Shown here piece after piece: positions 39,601-51,600 of a stretch of 64,000 bases of DNA (its first letter is position 1; every line of letters starts with the position of its first letter). Both the position numbers and the translations under genes were made by a program. The DNA lies in contig NC_057759.1 in the NCBI RefSeq assembly GCF_004010195.1, positions 7,893,022 to 7,957,021 on the forward strand. The letters are read 5' to 3'. The notes under the pieces are model-generated. The model searched no databases, was not told where the DNA came from, and worked only from the letters and a program-made list of their open reading frames with translations. This DNA comes from Chiloscyllium plagiosum (Eukaryota).

Positions 39601-42600
39601 CCCAATTTCTTGCACTTGTCCCATATACTTGAATGTTATGAAGTTTCAAGTGCTCATCCAGATATTTTTAAAATGTTCTAAGGTTTCTGGCCTCTAGTAC
39701 ATTCCCAGGTTCCTGTGTCCCAGATTCTCTCAAATCTCTTCTGAATCTCCTGCCCCTTAGCTGACATTCCTTCGTGATTGACCCCCTCAACCAAGGGCAA
39801 CAGCTGCTCCTTACTCATCATGTTGTTATCCCTTATAATCTTATGCACTTCAATCAGCCTTCTCCATTCTAAAGAAAATAATCAAAGCCTATCTAGCCTC
39901 CCTACAGCTGCATTGCTCCATCCCAGGCAACATCCTGGTGAACCTCCTCTGTACCCACTGTAGTACTATCACATCTTTCCCTAGTGAAGTGACCAGCACT
40001 TCCAGCTTTGCCTTAACTAACTCTCTATAACTCCAACACTACCTCCTTGTTCTTGTACTCAATGCCATGACAGATGAAAGCAAGTCTCATTCCTGATGAA
40101 GGACTTATGCCTGAAACATCGATTCTCCTGCTTCTCGGATGCTGCCTGACCTGCTGTCCTTTTTCAGCACCACACTTTCGACTCTGATCTCCGGCATCTG
40201 CAGTCCTCATTTTCTCCCGATGAAAGCAAGTGTCTCATATGCCTCCTTCACAATCCTATTTTCATGCTGTGCCAACTTCAGGGATCTGTGAATATCCCGA
40301 AGATCCCTCTGTTCCTCTAAGCTACCCAATGTAGCATTCACTAAATACTACTTTATCTTGTTTCTTCCCAAGTGCATTATCTCACTTAATACCATCTGCC
40401 ACTTGCTTGCTCATCTGATCATCCTATCTGTATTTTACTGTGACCTATAACCATCTTCCTCACTATTACCTACTCTACCAATCTTGGTGTCATCTGCAAA
40501 TTTGCTTAACAGTCCCCCCACATTTTCAACTGTATCATTTATGGATATAACCAATAATAAGGGTCCCATGTAATAATTCTTGTGGTACACCTCAGGACAT
40601 TGGCCTCCAGTCACTCGAACAGCCTTCTACCACTACCCTTTGTGTCTTATTACTGGGCCAGTTTCTGATCAACCTCACCATGTTTCCGTCACTTCTATGT
40701 GCTTTAACCTTCTCAATCAGTCTCCCACATGGAACCGTGTCAAAAGCTTTGCTAAAATCCATATAAACTACATCGATTGAACTTCCCTCATCCATACATT
40801 TGATTACATGTCCAAAACATTCTAACATTTCTAAGGCCTTGCTTCTGATAAAGCCATGTTGGCTATCTGTAATTAACCCATGCCTTTCCAAGTGGGTATT
40901 AATTTGTGCCTTCAGAATTTTTTTGCAATAGTTTCCCTACCAGTGACTTGAGACTCGCTGCTTTTCTCATCTGGCAAGTTTAGTTGAGCCAGCGAAGTTG
41001 CCACTGTTGACTGCTGGAATACTTGGGTGATGTGCCTATGAGAAGGCTGTCAAGTTGAAGATTTTTGTCTGTCCAGGAGGTGCCAAAAATATGTCATTAA
41101 AATTGAAGATCAAAACTTGAGCTTCCTTTTTTTATGGCTGCAAGCTATTTATTTAGAAAATCATAGGATTCCTACAATATTGCACCAAACCATTCAGTCT
41201 ATTAAGTCCACACCAACTCTCTAAATTGCATCACACTGAGACCAAACCCCTACACTATCCCTGTAACCCTGTATTTTCCATGACCAATCTAACTAATCCA
41301 CACATCTTTGAACTGTGGGTGGAAATTGGAGCACCTGGAGGAAACCGACGCAGACTCTGGGAGAAGGTGCAGACTCCAAATTGACTGTCACCTGAGACTG
41401 GAATCGAACCTGCGTCCCTGCAGTGCTAACCACTGAGCCACCATGCTGCCCCATTCTTCACAGCTGAGAATGGAGGTCATTGTTGTCGTGAGAGTGAGCT
41501 TATTGTTTTTCCAAACATGTTTTGAACTTAACAAAAATGGGAACTGCTTTTCATGTTTAGTGCTGAGTTCTTCATCAATTAATGTTGCCATGAATCTGTT
41601 GATCACTTGGACACAAACACTTCATATAAACTGTCATCTCTCATTCTGTGTTTGACTGTCCTAAAGCTCTGGCATGGTTGACTTAAATGCGATCCATCAT
41701 CACTTGAAATGGAAAACACCATTGCTGCCTTAGTAAACAGGCATACAGCAAGAACAGAATTGTAGAAGATTTATTCTGTCGGATATATATGATGCAAACA
41801 ATGTCTTTTGAATAAAAAGAACTAACATAAGAGCTTGAAACTTCCACAGATTAATCTCATTCTTCAACAGGCATTCTTCAAGCTTCTGCAGGACTTGTTT
41901 TATTTAACTGATTGAATGGCTGCCCTTGTTTTCCTGTTGTGGTGAAAGAAAACATCTTTCTCACTTGCCTGCAAAGGGAAGTAATTAGGTCAATGTGGTG
42001 GTTCATGGCCTGTCAGTATTTATTAAGTGAACGGCTAAAGGTTTTAATTTGTGACTGGTCAAACAAATTTCCCCTTGAAGTTTTTGCCCAGAACTTAATT
42101 AGAGAGGTGATAGAAAAGGGTCAGTTTCTTTCTGGGGCCAATCTACCTACTTAGTTGCCCTCCCTCCTCACCTTTCAGTGAGGAAAAAAAATCATACCCC
42201 AGTTGTGTTTACAATGAATGATGAACAGTGTTTTGTGCATTTTTTTGGTTTTGAAGGAACAATTGAATCAGCTCAAATTAGTTTGGAGAAAAAGAAGTTA
42301 CCTCTTGTTATCTATGAAATGTTTATATTGATTTTGAAGAAAGTGTGAAACATAATTGTTTAGATGTATGTACCTGTATACTTTAAAATAGACTTGAGTT
42401 TTTTCTTGGTGTTTTAGGCTGTTATAGAGACATTGTCTGTTGGCGCTACAATGTTACTTCCACCATTGCGAGAAAGAATGGAGCTGCTACATTCGCTACT
42501 TCCACAGGGCCCTGATAGATGGGAAAGTTTAACTAAAGGACAAGTAAGAATTTTTTTTTTTTGGATTTTGCATTGATTATTAAGATCATTAACATTGTTT

Positions 42601-45600
42601 AAAACTGAGAAACCTTGATTATCTGAATACCAGGGGCGGGTTGGGGGTCGGACCAGGGCGGTGTTGGATGCAGTGTGCTGTTGCCTAGTCTCCTGAATGG
42701 GGAGCAGTTAGCAAGTGCTCGCTGTCAATCCCATTGAACTGATGGGGGGTGAACTTCAGCAATGCTGCAGGTCCCTTACACACAAGTGTGTCTGCTCAGA
42801 ATAAACCCTGAGACACAGAGAAGGAGCAAGGCAGGCAGAGCGAGGAAAAAGAAAAGTTCAGAAAACTTCGAGTCCCAGAGGAGAGGCATTGAATCAAACC
42901 ACCAAATAATCAATTATCCGAACAAAATACTGTCTGCCCATCTTGTTCGAATAATCGAGGTTCCTCTATATTTTGTTGTGAAATTGCGAAACTATTCACA
43001 CTGACTTAACAACCTCTCTGCTGATGAAATAAGTCATTCCTAGAAATCCACCCAGGTCCCTCATTACATTTTTAAAGCTCAAAGGCAAATTTCCCTCTTT
43101 CTTCTTTGTCTTAAACAACTCAAAGCAATTCCATGTTTCTTCATAATCATTTTCTATCCCTGTAAATATTCCCATTAACCTCTTCTTCAGTGCACTAGTA
43201 CTCTGCCTGTAATGTGATGAGAATTGTCTGCTATACATTACAACTATATGTTATGTAGTGTTATTCCTTTCTGTTATATGTCAACAAATAATTGAAAACA
43301 TCCGAAAAGTATTACTTAAATTTCATTAATCCATTGGTGTGCAATGTTCTCCATTCCCCCATACATCTCAGAATCTTTCCATGTGTTATTAATTCCCTTA
43401 TCTTGATTGTTCTACCTGAACCCATTACATCTCAATTCTCTAGCTTTGTTTGCTGCCAGTTGCTAAAACGTCACATGCATCTATCCACATTTTCAGGTCC
43501 TGTGTTTAAAGGTTGTTCATATAAGTTGTGTTGTGATATCCAGATGTACTAAATAGAGCAGTTCTAGAGGCCATTTTCAGTCAATGGATTTAATTATGAT
43601 TTGTGCATCAAATTAATTTTTATATTATTTAAAAAGCAAAATGGATTTCCCTTTCTGGCTATTTGTTACTCAGATTATTTATACAATTCTTTTGACATGG
43701 TACTTTAATTGAATAACAACCTTTTTATAAATTTAACAGCCTTTTATACATACAGCAGTTGAATCCCTTTTTTCTCTTAGTAGTGATCTGATATTGTCAG
43801 AGACGTGAAGCACTGATTATAAAATTTATAACGACAGTTATTTTGAATTTTATCCAAGCACGATCAAATCTTTGTCTCCTGGAATTGTAAAATATGGTTA
43901 TGAATGTTAAAACAGTAAGCGTTCACAACAGTTGATGCTTCCCTTCATCACCTCAATTAACCTCCCATTTGTCTCCCTAAATGGTCAGACTGTTTATAGT
44001 GTCATGTACAGCATGGAAACAAACCCCTCGGTCCAACTCGTCCATGCTGACCAGATATCCCAACAAACTCTAGTCCCACCTGCCAGTACCTAGCCCCTAA
44101 CCCTCCAAACCCTTCCTATTCATATATCCATCCAGATGCCTTTTAAACGTTGCGATTGTACTAGCCTCCACCACTTCCTCTGGCAGCTCATTCCATACAC
44201 ATACCACCCTCTGAGTGAAAACGTTGCCTCTTAGGTCTCTTTTCTATCTTTCCCTTCTCGCCCTAAACCTATGCCCTCTAGTTCTGGACTCCCCACCCCA
44301 GGGAAAAGACTTTGTCTATTTATCCTATCCATGTCCCTCATGATTTTATAAACCTCTATAAGGTCACCCCTCAGCCTCCAATGCTCCAGGGAAAACAGCC
44401 CCAGCCTATTCAACCTCTCCCTATAGTTCAAATCCTCCAACCCTGGCAACATCCTTGTAAATCTTTTCTAAACCCTTTTCAGTTTCACAACATCTTTCTG
44501 AGAGGAAGGAGACCAGAATTGCACACAGTATTCCAACACTGGCTTATCTAATGTCCTGTACAGCCATAACATGACCTCCCAACTCCTGTACTCAATACTC
44601 TGACCAGTAAAGGAAAGCATACCAAACGTCGCCTTCACTATCTTATTTACCTGCGACTCCACTTTGAAGGAGCTATGAACCTGCACTCCAAGATCTCTTT
44701 GTTCAGCAACACTTACCATTAAGTGTATAATTCCTGCTAAGATTTGGTTTCCCAAAATGCAGCACCTCGCATTTATCTAGATTAAACTCCATCTGCCACT
44801 TCTCAGCCCATTGACCCATCTGATCAAGATCCCGTTGTAATCTAAGGTGACCTTCTTCACTGTCCATTGCACCTCCAATTTTGGTGTCATCAGCAAACTT
44901 ACTAACTATACATATTATGCTCACATCCAAATCATTTGTATAAATGATGAAAACTAGTGGACACAGCACCCATCCTTGTGGCACTCCACTGGTCACAGGC
45001 CTCCAGCCTGAAAAACAACCCTCCACCACCACCCTCTGTCTTCTACCTTTGAGCTAGTACTATATCCAAATGCGACCTCCACTGTTGAATGAGCATAAAT
45101 TTGCCTCTTTCGACTTGAGCTTCTCTGAACCATATTGCCAATATATTTCCTCACACTAGGTCCTGTGCACCAACCACCATGTGCTTGCTGACCTACATTT
45201 GCCTCTCGTTCAACAACATGTTCTTAAAACTTTTATCCATATTCTCAAGTGCCTCCATGACCTTTTCCTGTTTTCCTGTGTAATCTTCTCCAACCCAACA
45301 AAAATTCCCAATTTTAATTACCCTGCTGTTGCCAATCATACATTTAGTTGCTGAGGCCCTAAGTTTTAGAATTCCCTCCCTTAAAACCTGCATCTTATTT
45401 TCCTCCTTCAAAATTCCCCAAAACAAAATCTCTTTGAACAAGCTTGTGATAATTTGCCCAAATATTGTGCACTGATGTCAAGTTGTGTTTGATAATGCTG
45501 TTGTGCTAGGAAGAATCTTAAATTCATTTTAAGGTTATTTATTTTACTACATTAAATGAGCTATATAAATGCAAGTTATTTTCAAAGAGCTGTAAACAAC

Positions 45601-48600
45601 AAATCATCAAATTTACTAAATATGAACATTTTCCAGTTCATATAGCTGTAATTTGCAGTGTGGTTTAATTTGCCCAGTAATTGGCTATAGCAAAGAAAAT
45701 ATATAAACTGCAAAATTACTAACACAACCTTTTGACTTTTTAATACTAATTTGCAGTGTTTAATTGTGTAGCAGCTATGCATTGATTTAATATAAATATC
45801 ACCTTTATTTCCAGAGGATGCAATTGGATATTATTCTTACAAGCCTACAAGACCATACCCATGTAGCTTCTTTGCTGGGCTATAGCTCACCTTCTGATGT
45901 TGAAGCCACCTCTACAGGACAAAATTACAGCAGCTTCCTTGATCCCTCATTCAACTCCCAATCCAGTCATCCCGATACCCATCTGGCAGAAATCTTGATG
46001 AAGACCCTACTAAGGAATTTAGGATTCTATACTGTAAGAAGCTTTCTATTTGTTAGCAACTCTTTCAGATAAGTTCTTGCTTAATCTGTACTATAAAATC
46101 CTTAATCTGACGAGACTTGTGTTTATCTGATTTTTCTTAATTTAGCTGATTATCCTGAAGTACAGATTTTATTTTCAATTTTTTAATCAAATATTTAATT
46201 CCTGCTGGTAATGTGGGCTTGTTATATATGTTGGATATATGAATTAAGCTTTGAGCTCTTTCAGTCAAATGATTTCTTGGGAAGACTTGTTTTCTCAATT
46301 TATATTAAATGTCCATCAACATAATTTGAGGGAGTTTGGATCAAAGAAAGATAAAAGTACAACCAGAAAATTTGGGTTGCAAAATTGTGTTAAATTGAAG
46401 AAAATAGACAATTTTGTAAAATGACATGTTCTTCATTACTCTATAGGAAGACTCTACATAGGGAGGCAACGTACTCCTAAATGTTTTTTTTAGACTGCTC
46501 TCAGTCTTCTCTGTATGTTTCTTTTTAACAATTGGAAATTCTCCCATTCTACATTGTATCATGTCATTATAATTGTGTTAAATCTAGTTCATAATATTAC
46601 ACTGTTAATGCTCTTAATAGGATCAGGCTTTTGGAGAACTGGAAAAAAACAGTGACAAGCAGCTTCTGGGGACATCATCTGCAGAAAACTGCCAGCCAGC
46701 TCATTTGCATGAACTTCTGTGCTCTCTCCAGAAGCAACTCTTGGCATATTGTCACATCAACAGTGTCAGTGAGGTATAAATGTGGACCTTTACTTGGAAA
46801 ATGTAGTTTTGAGATATTTTCGGCTCATCTTTATTGATGACTTAAGTTTGTTTTTTTTCTAATTTAGAGCTCCAGTAGTGTAGCTTTATTGCACAAACAT
46901 CTACAGCTCTTACTGCCTCATGCGACTGAAATTTACTCCCGTTCTGCGACACTGTTGAAAGAAAGCTCCTGGAATGGGAGTGTCAGGGACAAGCTTCAAG
47001 GTATTGGTGACTTGTTTACTTTTACTTCTTTTTTCTTCTTTTTTTGCTGTAATAATAGAACACAGCTTCATTAGCAATTTTGTTAACTTTTTTGAAGCGA
47101 TTAAAATCTTGTAGGACTGCTCTCAGTCTTCTTTATCTCCATTAGTTTAGTCTTCCATTGCTTTGCATCAGTCTTGCCCTGCAGTAGTCCCATAGTTTAA
47201 ACACACTCTGAATAAAAAAGTTTTTTTTTTAATTTCCTTTTGAATAAGTTAGTGACTAGCTGATATTTACAGCTCTGATGCTTATCTCGCCTTTGAGTAA
47301 TCGTAATGTCTGTCAGGTTCTTTCATAAACTTAAAAAACTTTCTATCAAGTCAACTTGTAGACCTACTGAGGTCCATTTTTCATAGTTCTTGATAACCAT
47401 TTTCTTGAATGTATTTTGTCAATCATTCTTTTGTCAATCAGGAAACCAGCCTTATTTCAGTTATGTACTTTTCAGTGTTGTAATCCATTTGCTATTGTTA
47501 GTATCAATATTGAATGTAATTTCTAAAAATCAAATCTGTTGTCCCATAGTTGCAGATTCCTGAATGATCATCCACATAAGGGCATTCTGATTCCTCACAA
47601 TGGCCCACTGTTGCATTTCTTTACCACCGGACTTGTGTTTATGCTACTGCCAAGAACCTCATGTTTGCGTTGAACTGATCACAGATGTCCAAAGCCCGGA
47701 GAGTGCGCTCTCTGATTTTATGAATCTGATTTGTTGCTATCGTTCAAACTCCTTTGCTGGGTTTATGTGAATCTTATATTTGAGCCCCTCATGACTGTTG
47801 AACTGGAAAATTAAGTGGAGAATGTGTGATTTAGATGAGTGAAAATAGTAAATCCGGTCCAATCTTCAGAAATGGAATGCTTTATGCTTATTTTTCCCTG
47901 TTGTTTGTTGTAGTCTACAATGTTATAAATCAGATGGGTGGGTGGCACAGTGGCACAGTGGTTAGCACTGCTGCCTCACAGCACCAGAGACCCGGGTTCA
48001 ATTCCCGCCTCAGGCGACTGACTGTGTGGAGTTTGCACGTTCTCCCCGTGTCTGCGTGGGTTTCCTCCGGGTGCTCCGGTTTCCTCCCACAGTCCAAAGA
48101 TGTGCAGGTCAGGTGAATTGGCCATGCTAAATTGCCCGTAGTGTTAGGTAAGGGGTAAATGTAGGGTTATGGGTGGGTTACGCTTCGGCGGGTCGGTGAG
48201 GACTTGTTGGGCCAAAGGGCCTGTTTCCACACTGTTAGGTAATCTAATCAGATGAAATCTTTAGATGTTTCTTTCATATACCTTTACAGTATTGTTTGTC
48301 TTGCAGGTGTCCTGTATGGATCAGCAGCAGGGAGCATGCTGTGTCAGATCATTAACTCTTTACTGTTACTGCCTGTCTCTGTGGCACGACCATTGCTAAG
48401 CCAGCTACTAGATTTATTGCCATCATTGGATAGCTTAAACCGACTTTTACCCGCTGCGGCCCATTTAGAGGAACAGGAGTTGCAGTGGCCACTGCATGGT
48501 AAGCGATGTGCTCAGGCACTTGGATCGTATCTAATGCTGTAACTTCATAATATTGTAACCCTGGTGCATGGCAGACTGTGCTGCAGTAACAAGAAATAAG

Positions 48601-51600
48601 AGGAAACAAACAGGAACAGATCTGCTTTTGTAACTTAAATCCTGCAGTTTCAGAAATGTAGAGAAAGGTTGTTGACATGAACTCTGTCGTGCTTCTAACT
48701 ACTAACTTCTTTTGGGACTGATGCTGTAGGTACTATTGAAAGTGCTGAGCTTGATGATTTGGCAATACCTCAATCTGCTCAGCCTTGGGTGTGGCTTGTA
48801 GATTTGGAAAGAACTGCTGCACTACTTGTAGGACGTTGTCTTGGTGGAATGCTACAGGGTCCACCTCCGACTGCTGAAGAACAAGATACAATTCGTTGGC
48901 TAAAAACACCTCTTTTCAGCAATGGACTGGAAATGGATCTTCCCCAGCTAGGTAAAACTAATCATTTATTATTTTCATAGTGTCACAAATATAATGTGTC
49001 TTTCTTTCTCTCTGTCTGTCCCTCTCTGTCTGTCCCTCTCTGTCTGTCTCTGTCTCTGTCTCTGTCTCGGCCTTGTTCTTGGTCTCACTCTTTCGATCTC
49101 GCTCTCTCGCTCTCTCTCTCTTTCTGTCAGGGGTCCCTGTCTCTTCTTTATTTCTCCCTCTCTTTATTTCTCACTCCCTCACTCTATCGCTCTCTCCCTA
49201 TCTGTCTCTATCTCACTCTCTATCTCTCTCTCTATCCCTCTCCCTATCTTTCTGTCTCTTTCGCTTTATCTCCCTATCTCTCTATCATTATCTCTCTCTA
49301 TCTCTCTATCTCTCCCTCTCTATGTCTCTCTCTTTATCTCTCTCGATCTCTCTCTCTCTCCATCTCTCTATTTCTCTTTCTATCTCTTTCTATCTCTCTC
49401 TCTATCTCTCTATTTATTTCTCTATCTCTATCTGTCTCTTTATCTCTCTGTCTTTATCTCTCTCTCTGTCTAGGCTTGCTCTCTCTCTGTCTGTCTCTCT
49501 CTGTCAGGGGTCAGTGTCTCTCTCTGTTCCTAGCTGGTGTCTCTGGCTCTCTATCTCTCTCTCTCTCTGTTTATCTTTCTTGATCTCAGGTTTCTATCTC
49601 TCTGTCAAGGGTTTCTATCTCCCCGTCTCTGTCTCTATCTTTCGGGCGCGCTCTCTCTCTCTTGCTCTGTGTCTGTCTCTCTTTGTCATATTGTCATTGT
49701 CTCTGTCCCTTTCTGTTGTTTTTTTCTCTCTCTCTCTTGTGTCTGTCTGTTTCTCTCTCTCTCCCCCCCCCCCTCCACACACTTTTGGTCTCTCTTTGTC
49801 TCTCTCTCTCCCCCACTTTTACTCTCTCTCTCTCTCTGGTATGTTCTGGATTCGAGCTATTGTCCACATGTTGTCAGGGCCCATAGCCTCTGCAGTATCC
49901 AGTGCCTCCAAATCCTTTCTCATATCATGTGGAGTCAGGCTTATCGGCCAAGACTGGAGGGAGCCGGGATGGATCACGATATTGTACTTCTCCTGAAAGA
50001 TTGCTGCAAATGCTTTGACCTTACCAATTGTAGTGATATATTGGGCTCTTCCATGTAGAATTTATGGACCTTGCTGTTCCTCCAGTTTTTCAGTTGTCAG
50101 TTAGATGACGGTATGGGTAGATAGATAAAACAAAGATTGGCCACAATATTGACAGTTAGAATTTGGTTTGGGTTACAGAATAAGTGGATTTGTCAGATAC
50201 GTAGATCTGTGGCAGATGCAATTTAGTGCTAAAAATGCGAGGTGATGTATTTTTAAAGAAGGAATAAGAGTGTATTAAATGAATGGCAGGATACTCTAAA
50301 GCTCTGAGGGATCTTGGGATGCTTGTCCACAGATCCCTAAAGGCGGCAGAATAGCTTGATAATCAGGAAAGCATACAAGATGCTTGTAATGTCAGTTGTG
50401 GCATAGATTATAAGCACATGGAGGTCATGAGTGGCATGGATAGCATAAAAAGACAAGGTCTTCCCCCTAGGGTATGGGAGACCAGAGCGAGAAGGCATAG
50501 GTTTAGGGTGAGTGGGAAAAGACTTAAAAGGGATCTAAAGGGCAACTTTTTCATGCAGAGGGTGGTGCGTGTATGGAATGAGCTGCCAGCAGAAGTGGTG
50601 GAGTCTGGTACAATTACAACATTTAAAAGGCATCTGGGTGGGTACATGAATAGAACATGGAACATTACAGCACAGTACAACCCCTTCAGCCCTCGATGTT
50701 ACACCGACCAATGGAACCAATCTGAAGTCCATTTAACCTACACTATTTCATTTTCATTCATATGTTTATCCAACGATCATTTAAATGTCCTTGAAGTTGG
50801 AGGGTCTACTATGTTGCAGGCAGTGTGTTCCATGTGCCTACTACTCTCTGAGTAATGAAACTACCTCTGACATCTGTCCTACATCTATCACTCCGCAATT
50901 TAAAGCTATGTTCCCTCGTGGTAGCCATCACTGTCCAAGGAAAAATGCTCTCACTGTTCACCCTATCTAACCCTCTGATTATCTTATATGTCTTAATTAA
51001 GTCACCTCTCAACCTTGTTCTCTCTCATGAAAATAGCATCACATCCCTCCGCCTTTCCTCATAAGACCTTCCCTCTATACCAGGCAACATCCAAGTAAAT
51101 CTCCTCTGAACCCTTTCCAAAGCTTCCACATTCTTCCCATAATACGGTGACCAGAACTGTATGCAGTACTCTAAATGCAGTTGAAACAAAGTTTTGTACA
51201 ACTGCAACATGACCTCATGGCTCTGAAACTCATTCCTTTGAGTAATAAAAGCTAACACACTGATGCCTTCTTAACAACCTTATCGACTTGCGTGGCAACT
51301 TTCAGGGATCTATGTGCATGGACACAGATCTCTGCTCATCTACAATACCATGGATCTTACCATTAACTCAATACTCTTTATTCTTTTTGCTCCTTCCAAA
51401 GTGAATCACCTCACACTTTCTGCATTAAACTCCATTTGCCACCTCTCAGTCCAGCTCTGCAGCTTATCTATGTACCTCTGTAACCTGCAACATCCTCTGG
51501 CAATACCAAAACTTCACCAACCTTAGTGTCATCTGTGAATTTACTAACCTGTCCTTCTTCACCCACATCCAGATCATTTATGAAAATGACAAACAGCAGT

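Noticed and set aside
38333..46867. Two introns of exactly 94 nt (38333-38426, 46774-46867) as a duplication signal
   Set aside because: No sequence similarity; both simply sit near the minimal vertebrate intron size.
48994..50058. Long Ser/Leu-rich ORFs (up to 307 aa)
   Set aside because: Translation of the (TC)n tract; stop codons are absent because of base composition.
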